Part shown: positions 19,850 to 29,410 of the stretch, piece by piece
Layout of the letters: each line of letters opens with the position of its first letter
How positions within the stretch are numbered: position 1 is the first letter of the stretch
Assembly (NCBI GenBank): GCA_963712745.1
Contig: CAVQJC010000017.1
Location: 64,001 to 128,000 of the forward strand
Source: an uncultured Chloroflexia bacterium
GTDB lineage: Bacteria > Chloroflexota > Limnocylindria > Limnocylindrales > CSP1-4
Reading direction: 5' to 3'
DNA: 64,000 bases
The notes under the pieces: generated by a model
The model's input: only the letters and a program-made list of their open reading frames with translations
Database searches by the model: none
Told to the model about the DNA's origin: nothing
Translations under genes and position numbers: made by a program

Positions 19850-20480
19850 CCGCCGTGGCAGGGTTTCACCTTCTGGCCGCTGCCGCACGGTCAGAGGTCA
19901 TTGCGCCCGGCCGACGCGACGGCCAGGCCGAGGTCCGCGTCGAACTGCGCCAGCATGAGCATCACCTCGGAGGCCTGGCGGCCGGCCTTGAGCAGCCCCA
20001 CGATGGCCTTCGCGGGGCGCTCGATGTGGCGGAGGAATGCCATGCAGCCCGCGCACAGGTAGTTGAGGCCGGGCTCGCCGTCTCGGGTCACCAGGAAGCG
20101 GTTCTTCGGGCATTCGCCGTGGCAGGCGAAGCCGACATCGTACTCGCGGCACATGCGGGGCAAGGTGTCGCGCTTGGCCGCCCCGAACGACTGTTGCTGA
20201 TCCGAGCCGACCAGGTCGAGCATCGGCAGCTCCCGGATGTTGCCCAGCCGATGCTCGGGCTCGACGAGGTGATCGCAGGAGTACAGGTCGCCGATGTGCT
20301 CGAGGCAGGCCCGCGCCACAGGTGGCGTCGAAGACGCAGAGTCCCGAGCCGGGGGCCCCGTAGAAGTTGCGCAGCGTGGCCTCGAACGTCTGGACGAAGA
20401 CCCGGCCGACGTCGTTGCGGACCCAGTCGACGAAGATGGTGCTGAGGAAGCGCATGAAGCGCGAGAAGTAGGGCACGACG
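19850..20480 (-). pseudogene. Anaerobic sulfatase maturase C-terminal fragment (SPASM + SEC-C)
   Basis: FLSTIFVDWVRNDVGRVFVQTFE, GDLYSCDH, ACHGECPKNRF, NYLCAG, GRNDL*PCGSGQKVKPCHG; frameshifted and lacking the radical SAM core. Confidence 0.8.
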
Positions 20481-20980
20481 AGGACATCGCAGTCCTTGCC
20501 GGCTCGTTCGAGCAGGTCGCTGAAGTGCCGAGGCCAGGCAGCAGCCGAGGCGGACGTCAAACGACGACCTCTCGCCCACGGACGAACCGAGAGCAGCAGA
20601 TGCCGACGGCGTCGTCGCTGACCGTGACCAGTTGGAGCGGGGACTCCGGCGCTTGTCGATGCCTGGGCGCGTGGCGGCGCCTTCCGCGTGGCGGCGCCTT
20701 CCGCGTGGCCTTGGTCTCGGGGCAGGTCTTCGATGGGCGACTGGACCCCTGACGGCTTGGGCTAGTGCTCCTGATCAGAGACCTCGGACGGCGTCGCGAC
20801 CGTGAACGACGTGCGATCCCGATGGCCTCCTACCGGGCGAGCGTGAAGCGATGCGGTCTGGCTCGCCCGGGAACGACGGCCATGGCTGCTGCGACACAGG
20901 ACGAGAGCCGGGATCGCTCCCGGCTCTCGACTTCTCTGCCCATTCTTGGCGTGCCGAGGGCAGCCGGGTGACGGCGGTGG

Positions 20981-21745
20981 CTAGGCGATCTCGTACTGGA
21001 TGAAGACGCTGACCGAGAGCTCGACCTCACCCGGCAGGACCGGGGTCTTGGCCATCGTATCCATGGCCGCGCCCAGCGCCATCTCACCATCCATGTAGAG
21101 CGGCTGCGGTTGCTGACCCCCGGACTCGCTGATGGTGACGATGCCGATGATCTCGACACCGGCGTCGGCGGCCAGCTGGTCAGCCTTGGCCCTGGCATCG
21201 GCGACGGCAGCGCTGCGCGCGGTCGCCTCAGCCTCGGTCGGATCCTCGACGCGGAAGCTGATGCCGTTGATGTTGTTGGCACCCGCGGCAGTCGCCGTAT
21301 CGACCACGGTACCGACCGACTCGATGTCGCGGATGGTCACGTTGACCATGTTGTTGGCTTCCCAGCCGGTGATCTTGGGGGGCTCGGTCTCCCAGTCGTA
21401 CACCGGGTTCAGGCTCAGGTTGGTGGTCTGGATGTCCGCCTCGGCGATGCCTATCCCCAGCAGAGCCGTGACCACCGCATCCATGGCCTCCGCGGCCTGT
21501 TGCGAGGCTCCACCCGCTTCCTTGTCCTGGAAATTGACCCCGAGGCTGATGTCGGCCACATCGGGAGCCGCCTTGACGCGGCCGACGCCGGAGACGTTGA
21601 GGGAGCGCACGGTCTCGTCGCTGTCCGTCGAGGACTGGGCGCTCACCGCGGCCGTGCCCATGAACGAGGCCGCAAGCAGACCCGCGGCAAGACCGGCAGC
21701 CAGCCAGTGCCGACGGCTGCGAGAGAGGGGGAGTGTGGTATCCAC
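20981..21745 (-). CDS. SIMPL (DUF541) domain protein
   Basis: Signal peptide; VSGVGRVKAAPDVA, IQTTNLSLNPVY, AGANNINGISF, AVADARAKA. Confidence 0.92.
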   Translation of the reverse strand: MDTTLPLSRSRRHWLAAGLAAGLLAASFMGTAAVSAQSSTDSDETVRSLNVSGVGRVKAAPDVADISLGVNFQDKEAGGASQQAAEAMDAVVTALLGIGIAEADIQTTNLSLNPVYDWETEPPKITGWEANNMVNVTIRDIESVGTVVDTATAAGANNINGISFRVEDPTEAEATARSAAVADARAKADQLAADAGVEIIGIVTISESGGQQPQPLYMDGEMALGAAMDTMAKTPVLPGEVELSVSVFIQYEIA

Positions 21746-21966
21746 GGGTGATCGTTCCTCCGATGGTGATGGGTCACTGGACGGGACCGAGCGGCGGTGC
21801 TCGTCGTCGGCCCGCAGTAGCTAGACGTCAGGCTGACCAGTGTGGTTCCGGGTCGGTCGATGGACGCCTCGCCCGAGCAGCGGATGTCGCCGGAGGCAGC
21901 CGCCCGCCGGGGATGTAGCATCGACGCCCAGAGGCGGGCCGCTCGCTGCCCAGGCGAGCTCGTCGG

Positions 21967-22540
21967 ATGACAGGGGGAGTGTCTTCGATGACTCGACATC
22001 GGGTGGGTGCTCCGTCGAAGCACCATGCTGGCCGCCTGGCCACCGTCATGGTCTTCGTGGCCGCGATCGTGGCGAGCCCTGGAGCGCTGGCTCAGTCACC
22101 CTCGCCATCCCTCGCGCCTGCGGCGAGCGCCTCCCCGGCCACGACATTCGACGTCTTCGCCGGCAGCCCCACCACGACCGTCTCGCTCGGGCTCTACTCC
22201 GGCTTGCCCGACCCGTCCTGGGAGCTGTCCGACGAGGAAGCGTCGGCCCTCACCGCGCTCCTCGAGTCGCTGCCCCGCGTGGACGGCCCAGCGCCATCGG
22301 GTGGTCTCGGCTATCACGGCTTCACGATCGAGCGGCTGACGCCCGAGGGCATGCCGCGCCTGCTGCTGGCGTTCGAGGGTACGGTCTCCGACCCGCTCTC
22401 GAGCCATCTCTCCTACCTCGATGATCCCGGACGGTCGGTCGAGCGTTTCCTCCTCGACAGCGGGCGCGACTGGCTGTCGGCCGTCGAGATCGATGGCGCC
22501 CGGACTCGATCCCGGGCCGACGTCGTCTGCGGGTTCGTAG
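21967..22540 (+). CDS. Secreted hypothetical protein (probable +1 frameshift near 22492)
   Basis: Signal peptide ..ALAQSPSP; LYSGLPDPSWEL, GLGYHGF; removing one base gives EIMAPGLDPGPTSSAGS*. Confidence 0.6.
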
Positions 22541-22579
22541 CCGGCGGCGAGGCAGCGCTGACTCGCTGGGTCGCCCGGA

Positions 22580-22889
22580 ACCGCGGGAGACCTGGGCCGG
22601 ACCGCGCCCGCCAGCGTCTCGTCCGCGAGCGGCAGCGCTCGCCGCACACGATGGCCTGCCGACGCCGGCCGTCGAGCGGGACGCCGCAGCCCGGGCAGAC
22701 GCGTCCGGCGGGCCGGCGGCCGATGGCGCTGCGGTGGGCCTCGCACCAGACCCGGGGGCGGCCACGGCCGGGTCGGGCCTCGAGCTCGGCACCGCACGCG
22801 CGGCAACGGCGCCGTGGCGTGACCAGTGCCCGCAGCTGCGCCGTGCCCATCCGGGCCAGGGCCTCGAGCTCATCCATCACGATCATCAT
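22580..22889 (-). pseudogene. Phage-type Zn-finger protein (3' end uncertain)
   Basis: CRACG..GRGRPRVWCEAH..CPGCG..AIVCGERCR, directly downstream (minus strand) of cos-like copy 2. Confidence 0.6.
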
Positions 22890-22938
22890 CCCATCGGGCG
22901 ACCGGGTGTCCGCATCAATACGGCGTAATCAGGCGAAA

Positions 22939-23003
22939 CTCGGCCGCGCGTGCACCACGCTCCGGGGTCCCCCGGGCGCCCACGTCAGCGCCATGTGGGT
23001 ACC
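22939..23003. repeat. Dispersed cos-like element, copy 2
   Basis: 34 bp identical to 3498-3531, same orientation. Confidence 0.75.
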
Positions 23004-23186
23004 GGTGGTCCACCGCCCGGCCCAACGCCACGCCCAACGCCCCGTCCTGGCCTGCCTGGGGAGCGCGCAACGGGGCTTCGTTGTAGTAGTCTCCCGCTCT
23101 GTCTAGACCGACCCAGCAGGGTCGTCGCGCAGCTCGACGGCGCCGCATCCCGTTGGCGCCGCAGGACGGGGGGATAGGAGGAAGCG

Positions 23187-23837
23187 TTGTCCCGTTCCCG
23201 CACCCTGGCCCTCGTCGGCGCAGCCGCCCTGCTGCTCGTGTCCGCCGCGCCCATCGTGGCCCAGGACGAGGCCACCACCGATGACAGCATGGACATGGAG
23301 GGCCTGACCCTCGATGTCGGCGGCGTCGAGTACGCCTTCACGAACCTACCGACGAGCGTGCCCGCGGGCACGTCCCTGACCTTCACCAACAACGGTGCCG
23401 AGGTCCACGAGATGGTCGTCGTGCGCATCGCTGACGGCGTCACCGAGAGCCTCGAGGAGATCCTGGCCATGGAGGCCGAGGGTCGTGACCCGATGGCCGA
23501 GGGCCTGGTCGAGATCGTGGGGGACATGCCGCTCTTCGCGGCACCGGGGACCACCGCCGAGGGCACCCGGACGCTCGAGAGCGAGGGACGCTACGTCGTC
23601 CTCTGCTTCATCCCCCAGGGCCTCACGGACATGTCGGTCCTCGAGCAGCTCGGTCCAGACGCGAACCCCGAGGATATGCCGCCCGAGGTCCAGGCGATCA
23701 TGGCCAACCCGCCGCACCTGGCGCTGGGCATGATCCAGGAGTTCACCGTCACCCCGGCGGGGACCGAGGTCGGCCCGCTGCCGGAGGCTGCTTCCGACGG
23801 GATGGCACCCGAGGACGAGGAGGCGGCGTCGAAGTAG
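23187..23837 (+). CDS. Secreted cupredoxin-like protein
   Basis: AGGAGG RBS with TTG start; signal peptide; EYAF, NNGAEVHEM, GRYVVLCFIP..PPHLALGM. Confidence 0.75.
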   Translation: MSRSRTLALVGAAALLLVSAAPIVAQDEATTDDSMDMEGLTLDVGGVEYAFTNLPTSVPAGTSLTFTNNGAEVHEMVVVRIADGVTESLEEILAMEAEGRDPMAEGLVEIVGDMPLFAAPGTTAEGTRTLESEGRYVVLCFIPQGLTDMSVLEQLGPDANPEDMPPEVQAIMANPPHLALGMIQEFTVTPAGTEVGPLPEAASDGMAPEDEEAASK

Positions 23838-23840
23838 TCG

Positions 23841-24040
23841 CCGATCACCACGGATACGCTGGAGCGCTCGCTGGAGAAAGTCCGCAGACGGACCAAGGTC
23901 ATCGGCCAGTTCCCCGGTGAGAGCAGTCGCCTGACGATGGCCTGGGCCGTCATGGACCTCGTCATCGCCGGCGCCAAGGGACTCGGGCTGACCATGCCGG
24001 AGCGCCATGCCATCGCTGTCATCGTCGCTGACCGGGCAGC
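23841..24040 (+). mobile_element. IS256-family transposase C-terminal fragment
   Basis: TTDTLERSLEKVRRRTKVIGQFPGESSRLTMAWAV matches the IS256 TNxLERxxxEIRRRT..FP motif. Confidence 0.75.
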
Positions 24041-24093
24041 CCCGAGCGTCGGTCTTCCCTGATGTGGACACACTGGCGTGCTATTGTGTGCAC

Positions 24094-24354
24094 ATGGCTG
24101 AGGTCGGGATCCGCGAACTGAAGCAGCGTCTGTCCGAGTACCTGGACCGAGCAGAGCGAGGTGAAGTCGTGCAGGTCACCCACCGTGGCCGCCCAAAGGC
24201 GATGCTCGGTCCGGTGCCTGGCCGCGCGCGCGTCGAGGAGGGTATCCGCAGTGGATGGATCACCCCGGGTACCGGCTCGCCGCTTGGTCCTGTGCATCGA
24301 GCGAAGGCGTCCAGGCGCGTGCTCGACGTGCTGGCCGGGGATCGCGGTGAGTGA
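24094..24354 (+). CDS. Phd/YefM family antitoxin
   Basis: VGIRELKQRLSEYLDRAERGEVVQVTHRGRP; operator-like tgtggacac/tgtgtgcaca sequences just upstream. Confidence 0.88.
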   Translation: MAEVGIRELKQRLSEYLDRAERGEVVQVTHRGRPKAMLGPVPGRARVEEGIRSGWITPGTGSPLGPVHRAKASRRVLDVLAGDRGE

Positions 24355-24755
24355 GTACCTACGTCGATTCGAGCGCCTTGCTCAAGCGCTACGTGGACGA
24401 GGCCGACTCGGCCGACGCTGATGCCCTGCTGCAGGCCGACGGTGCGCTCCTGACGGCCCGACACACGATCGTGGAGGTGCGCCGCAACCTCGCTCGCCTG
24501 CTCTCCGGGCGCGATCTCGTCGCCGCGCGAGCCGCATTCGCGGACGACCTGCGCTCCATCTCGATCATCGAGCTCGACGAGGCGACCTGCGATTCGGCTG
24601 CGTTGATCGCGGAGTCCACCGGCGCGCGCACGCTCGATGCGCTCCATCTCGCGGCCGCACAACGGGTCTCCGCGCCAGGGGTCGGCTTCCTGACGTTCGA
24701 CCTTCGCCAGGCACAGGCAGCCCGCGCGATCGGTCTCACCGTCGTGACCGCCTGA
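24351..24755 (+). CDS. vapC: PIN-domain (VapC) toxin
   Basis: YVDSSALLKRY..E, RTLDALHLAAA, TFDLRQ. Confidence 0.9.
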   Translation: MSTYVDSSALLKRYVDEADSADADALLQADGALLTARHTIVEVRRNLARLLSGRDLVAARAAFADDLRSISIIELDEATCDSAALIAESTGARTLDALHLAAAQRVSAPGVGFLTFDLRQAQAARAIGLTVVTA

Positions 24756-24924
24756 TCGGACACGCAGGTGGCGTGATCGGGTCGGGACCCGCAGGCACCG
24801 TGGGCCAACGATGGCGGGGCAGGGGCTCGAGACCGTCGAGGTGGCTCGGGCGGGTCTCGTCGCGACACAGCTTCGCGGCGTCGGGCGCACGGGCCGTCCC
24901 CGCCGATCCGCGCGGCGCTTCCCG

Positions 24925-24964
24925 CCCCGAGCCTGCGAAAGGATCGAGCACCGCCTCACCCGGG
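24925..24964 (-). pseudogene. DNA methyltransferase motif-I remnant, copy 2
   Basis: PGEAVLDPFAGSG. Confidence 0.6.
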
Positions 24965-25189
24965 AGCGAGCTGTAGCCTCGGACCAGCCGGGGGCATCGG
25001 CTTCCGGCGTCGGGTGGATGGTCACCGGCTTCACTCGCGGCAGCTCGACCTTCTCGATCAGCGCCTCCGATGTCGCCCCAAGGGCGGACCCAGACGAAAC
25101 GCCTGCGCCCACATCTCTAGCGACCGCTACTCTCGGCGAGTCAGGCTCGCACCCGCACCGGGCGAGCCGGCCACCAGCCAACCTAGCCC

Positions 25190-25996
25190 ATGAGGACCCT
25201 CGCTTTGCAGGACTCACTCGACTCCCTCCCCATCGGCGGCGTGTTTCTCACCTTCGCAATCGTGGCCCTGATCTTGTACGAGATCGGCTTCCGTTTCGGG
25301 CGCTGGTGGCAGCGGCGTACACCTGAGGAGGTGGAGGGCCCGACCGGCATGCTCGTGGGCTCGCTCCTGGCGCTCATGGCCTTCCTGCTCGCGATCACCA
25401 TGGGCATGGCCTCCGATCGCTTCGACACGCGTCGCGGACTCATCCTGACTGAGGCCAACTCGATCGGTACCACGTACCTGCGGGCGGGCTACTTGCCGGA
25501 GCCGGTCGCGAGTCAGAGCCAGGAGCTGTTACGCGAGTACGTGCCACTGCGCCTCGTGAAGAATGACCTCGAAGCGGTCAGGGCGCAGCTCGTCCGCTCG
25601 GCCGAGATCCAGAACGAGCTCTGGTCGATGGCCGAGGATCTGGCCCGCGCCACGCCCGACTCGGACGTCCTGGCCCTCTACATCGACTCGCTCAACGAGA
25701 CCATCGACCTGAACGAGTCACGGATCATCTCCGGCCTCTATGCGCGGGTGCCCGAGACGATCTTGTTCCTCCTGATCGTAGGCTCTGCGCTGACCCTGGG
25801 CATGGTCGGCTACGGCGCGGGCCTGACCGGGAGGCGCAGCCCGCTCACGGCCATCGCCATGATCGTCGTCCTGGGTGCGGTCATCACCCTCGTGGTCGAT
25901 CTCGATAGGCCGCGAGATGGCTTCCTCGAGGTGAACGACCAGCCGCTCATGGACCTCCAGCAGCAGGTCGGACCACCGTCAACAACGATCGAGTAG
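25190..25996 (+). CDS. DUF4239/bestrophin-like membrane protein
   Basis: LLALMAFLLAIT, EANSIGTTYLRA, DLDRPRDG. Confidence 0.75.
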   Translation: MRTLALQDSLDSLPIGGVFLTFAIVALILYEIGFRFGRWWQRRTPEEVEGPTGMLVGSLLALMAFLLAITMGMASDRFDTRRGLILTEANSIGTTYLRAGYLPEPVASQSQELLREYVPLRLVKNDLEAVRAQLVRSAEIQNELWSMAEDLARATPDSDVLALYIDSLNETIDLNESRIISGLYARVPETILFLLIVGSALTLGMVGYGAGLTGRRSPLTAIAMIVVLGAVITLVVDLDRPRDGFLEVNDQPLMDLQQQVGPPSTTIE

Positions 25997-26019
25997 CGGA
26001 CTCGCCCCACAAGCATCGA

Positions 26020-26045
26020 AGGCCCGTCCCGTGAGGGGCGGGCCT
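26020..26045 (+). terminator. Repeated GC hairpin, copy 2
   Basis: aggcccgtccc-gtga-ggggcgggcct, 24 nt after a stop codon. Confidence 0.65.
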
Positions 26046-26354
26046 GCACTCGCGTCGGTTGATGGGTAGCGGCATGCGGGAGATGGCGGTGCCACGTTCG
26101 TGACCTCCGACTCTTGAGCCACTGGCGGACCCGACGCGCGCATGGGAAGGGGGACGATCCATGCGCAAGCGATGGGCCGCTGCTGCCGCCCTCGTGACGT
26201 GCCTGGCGCTCGGCAGGATGCCGGCGGTCGGGCAGGAAGCGTCACTGGCATCACGGAGCATGGATCACGTCCACGCCGGCAGCGCATGAGCCCCGCCAGC
26301 GATTCCGCCTTCGGCCTGGCCGCGAGTGGCGCACTTGCCGGCACTCGGATGGCC

Positions 26355-26804
26355 CTACTCGACGTGCGGAGCCGCTTCCAGGATGTGCCTGAGCCGTTCC
26401 AGATCTCGGCGGACCATTCGGCGGAGGTGCCACTGCAGAAATGGCGCGAGAAGCGCCACGGGACCGTGGAGCTCGACCTCAGCGGCGTAGGTGAAGAGCG
26501 CGCCATGGGCGTCGGGTTCGATGAGGCGGTGGCCGGTCGCCGCGAGCGGCCCACCGATGGTCTTGAAGGCCGTCTTCCGGCCCGGCTCGAACTCCACGAT
26601 CTCGGCAACGTTGATCATGCGCATGCCAGCGAACGTCAGCCGTTCGTGCGTCTTTGCGCCCAGGTGGATCTCACCGGGTGGGTCGTGGCGCATCTCGGAC
26701 ACACCGGTCCGCCACGTCGGGTCCCGTGCATAGTCCGAGACGTACGCGAACACCTCGGCAGCGGTTCGACGTATCAGGATGCTGCTGTCGACGGAGAGGG
26801 TCAT
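26355..26804 (-). CDS. SRPBCC family protein
   Basis: IRRTAAEVFAYVSD..DPTW..DLERLR; AGGAG RBS. Confidence 0.85.
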   Translation of the reverse strand: MTLSVDSSILIRRTAAEVFAYVSDYARDPTWRTGVSEMRHDPPGEIHLGAKTHERLTFAGMRMINVAEIVEFEPGRKTAFKTIGGPLAATGHRLIEPDAHGALFTYAAEVELHGPVALLAPFLQWHLRRMVRRDLERLRHILEAAPHVE

Positions 26805-26897
26805 CTCCTGGCGGACGATAGCTGTCGTGGGCCAACCCATCCACTAGTCCGCTCGACGGCATCAGGGACGCGGTGAACGCACGGACAAGGCGGGACC

Positions 26898-27500
26898 CTA
26901 CGTCGATCCGGGAGCATCACCGGCGACGCTTGGCGTCTTGTCGCCGGCGAGCGCATCGACCAGCGCGTCCACCCCGTAGCGATAGGACCGATCGACGTCA
27001 CCACCGAGCCGGAAGGCACCGGCGAGCTCCATCGCGATGAAGCCGTTGGCGAAGGCCGTGATGAGTCGAGCAGCCTCCAGTGCCTGCTCCCGACCGACGA
27101 GCCGCTCGGCCAGGGTCAGGACCGGGGCGGTGGCCCGCGCCGTGTCTTCGACCGATGGCCGCCAGTCGGGCGGCAGGTTCATGGACAGCAGCTCGAAGGC
27201 GCGCGGATTGGCCCAGGCGAAGGTTCGATAGGCCAGGGCCAGCTCGCGGAGCCCGGCTGCCGCGTCGGGTTCGTGACTCAGTGGTAGGAGCTGCTCGCCG
27301 AGTTCCTCCAGTGTCGCGGTCGCGATCGCGGCGATCAGCGCGCCGCGGCTCGGGAACCGCTTGTAGAGCGAGGGCGCCCGAACGCCGACCCGTGCCGCGA
27401 CCGCCTGCATCGTGACCGCGCCGAGGCCACCAGCCTCGAGCAGCTCTCGGCCGGCGACGACGATCTCGGCGTTGGATGTGCGAGCGGGTGCGGGGCTCAC
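26898..27500 (-). CDS. TetR family regulator (WHG-type C-terminus)
   Basis: VTMQAVAARVGVRAPSLYKRF HTH; LAYRTFA..NP. Confidence 0.9.
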   Translation of the reverse strand: MSPAPARTSNAEIVVAGRELLEAGGLGAVTMQAVAARVGVRAPSLYKRFPSRGALIAAIATATLEELGEQLLPLSHEPDAAAGLRELALAYRTFAWANPRAFELLSMNLPPDWRPSVEDTARATAPVLTLAERLVGREQALEAARLITAFANGFIAMELAGAFRLGGDVDRSYRYGVDALVDALAGDKTPSVAGDAPGST

Positions 27501-27937
27501 GCCACTCTCTTGCCGACGTGGCCAAGATGGGTGTCGCCGAACGCGGTCGGCAGCTTGAGGCCGTAGCCGAGGGCTCGATCCATGCCGACGTGGGCGATGA
27601 GCAGCCCGGCCACGAGCAGGACGGCCGGGGAGTCCAGCCACATCCCGACAAGGAGCGCGCCGAAGCCGAGCGCCCAGCTGTGGACGAGGTTGTACGCAGC
27701 CGCACCGACGCGTGGCCCGACCAGGTAGCCGAGCATCGAGAGGTCCGGCAGGAGCAGCAGCGGCACGAAGAAGAGCCAGTTCCCGCCGCTGAGCCAGAAC
27801 AGGACGAGCCCTGCACCGAACGCGGCGAGACCCTCCAGGCGGAGCCACGAGCGGACCTGGCCCTCCACCATCCCCCTCTTGATGGCCTGGCCGGCCTCAA
27901 CGGTGACCTGGTCGAACGGAGCGTGGATGGCGGTCAT
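27497..27937 (-). CDS. DUF4260 family membrane protein
   Basis: LRLEG, LLPDLSMLGY..GPRVGA..YNLVH, AHVGMDRALGYGLK, DTHLG. Confidence 0.9.
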   Translation of the reverse strand: MTAIHAPFDQVTVEAGQAIKRGMVEGQVRSWLRLEGLAAFGAGLVLFWLSGGNWLFFVPLLLLPDLSMLGYLVGPRVGAAAYNLVHSWALGFGALLVGMWLDSPAVLLVAGLLIAHVGMDRALGYGLKLPTAFGDTHLGHVGKRVA

Positions 27938-27971
27938 GGTGTCTCTCCTGCGGCTGCTGGTATCCTCCGAT

Positions 27972-28010
27972 GGCTACACTATATAGCCTTCATGGGTAAT
28001 GTAAATAGCC
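27972..28010. promoter_or_regulatory. Two imperfect palindromes, putative TetR operators
   Basis: ggcta-cactata-tagcc and gggta-atgtaaa-tagcc in an AT-rich patch upstream of the DUF4260-tetR operon. Confidence 0.6.
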
Positions 28011-28501
28011 TTCTTGCGTTCGTCGCATCACGTTGGCATCGGCACGCGCAGCGCGGTTGTCGGAGATGGTTCGCGGCTCCTCGCCAACCGGACCACCACC
28101 CCACCACCAGCCGATCACCCTCCACGCTCAGGGCCGCGAGCCTGACTACTCATCCGGGGTCGGGCTTCTGAGACCAGACCAGTGGCGCTTGTCAGCTTTC
28201 AAGAACGCCAGTGTGTTGGATGTCGGACCAGGGCCTGGTCCAATACTCGACCTCGACCCGAATGTGCGTGACGTCGCGACAGGCGAGGTGCGTGCGTACC
28301 CGACCACCCATCCCGTGCCCTGCGTGGCCTTCCAGTTGCACTCCCCGTGGTCGCTGGCCCCGTGCGAGACGGACCTCGCTACCCGGAGGTATGCGTGACA
28401 TCCATAACCTCGCCGCTGTACATTCCGCTCTCACGGTCGCGCCGAGGAGCGGTATCCGCTTCAACACCGCGTGGCCGCTCGGGGGGATGGGAGAGTGCTT
28501 C

Positions 28502-29041
28502 GTGAGGAAGCGATCTATCACTAACGTCATCGGCCGTGGGCGGCCTCGTGATGCCGGGTCCGGGCCGAGTCGGAGCCGAGCCCTGTTCGCTGGGCTCCTG
28601 ATGACGGCGCTGCTGGCGGTGACCGCCGGCTCCGTCGGAGCCCAGGAGACGTCACCGGACGACATCGTGGGGACCTGGCTCGTCGACGTCGCAGAGACGG
28701 AGAACGGGACCGCGCCATTCCAGTCGCTGATCACGTTCCACGAGGGCGGCACCATCAGCGAGGTCAGCAATGAGCTTGGGCTGGGTCTCCAGGGTCCTGC
28801 CCACGGCGCCTGGGCCGAGACCGACGATGGATACGTCGCGACCATGCAGACCTGGGTCTTCAACGCGGAGACGGGAGCCGTTGACGGACGCGTGCAGATC
28901 CGCATGACCATCGAGATGGATGGCCCCGACCGCATGACCGCTCTCACCGGCATCGACTTCATCGATCCGGCGGGCGGCATGGCAGCGGACATCGACGCCG
29001 GTCCGTTCGAGGGGACCCGCATCGAGGTCGCCGGCGTCTAG
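28502..29041 (+). CDS. Secreted hypothetical beta-barrel (lipocalin-like) protein
   Basis: Signal peptide ..VGAQE; IVGTW, ITFHEGG, HGAW, FEGTRI; start codon uncertain. Confidence 0.65.
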   Translation: MRKRSITNVIGRGRPRDAGSGPSRSRALFAGLLMTALLAVTAGSVGAQETSPDDIVGTWLVDVAETENGTAPFQSLITFHEGGTISEVSNELGLGLQGPAHGAWAETDDGYVATMQTWVFNAETGAVDGRVQIRMTIEMDGPDRMTALTGIDFIDPAGGMAADIDAGPFEGTRIEVAGV

Positions 29042-29066
29042 GAACACGGACGCCGCAAGAGAACGG

Positions 29067-29092
29067 AGGCCCGTCCCAGCAGGGGCGGGCCT
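29067..29092 (+). terminator. Repeated GC hairpin, copy 3
   Basis: aggcccgtccc-agca-ggggcgggcct, 26 nt after a stop codon. Confidence 0.65.
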
Positions 29093-29410
29093 CACAACGA
29101 CGGTAGGCCTTGATGTCGGCGTGCGATCGCCCTGAGTCAGTAGGCCGAGACGAGGCTGCTTCGGCCGAACCCCGTAAGGTCTGCCGCACCAGGTCGACGA
29201 CATCACGGGTGACGATGCCGCCTTCCTCCAACGGATCGCCTGGGAGACGCTGCAGCAGTGGCAGCAACGCGCGGCACCGGCCACCGTCTAGGGTCGCCGC
29301 CCCGGATCACACGGGCTGCCTCGATGATCGCCCGCAGGACGAAGCGCTGATCAGCGACTTGCGTGGAAGGCATAGGCTAGGTAGAAACCGTTGCCTGGAG
29401 GCACCACGAG

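Noticed and set aside
19891-19893. TGA at a Cys position of the SEC-C motif, possible selenocysteine
   Set aside because: It lies in a truncated, frameshifted pseudogene; a TGC to TGA nonsense change is simpler, and no SECIS was recognised
20668-20708. 17-bp tandem duplication gcgtggcggcgccttcc
   Set aside because: Short slippage repeat in a decayed intergenic region with no functional context
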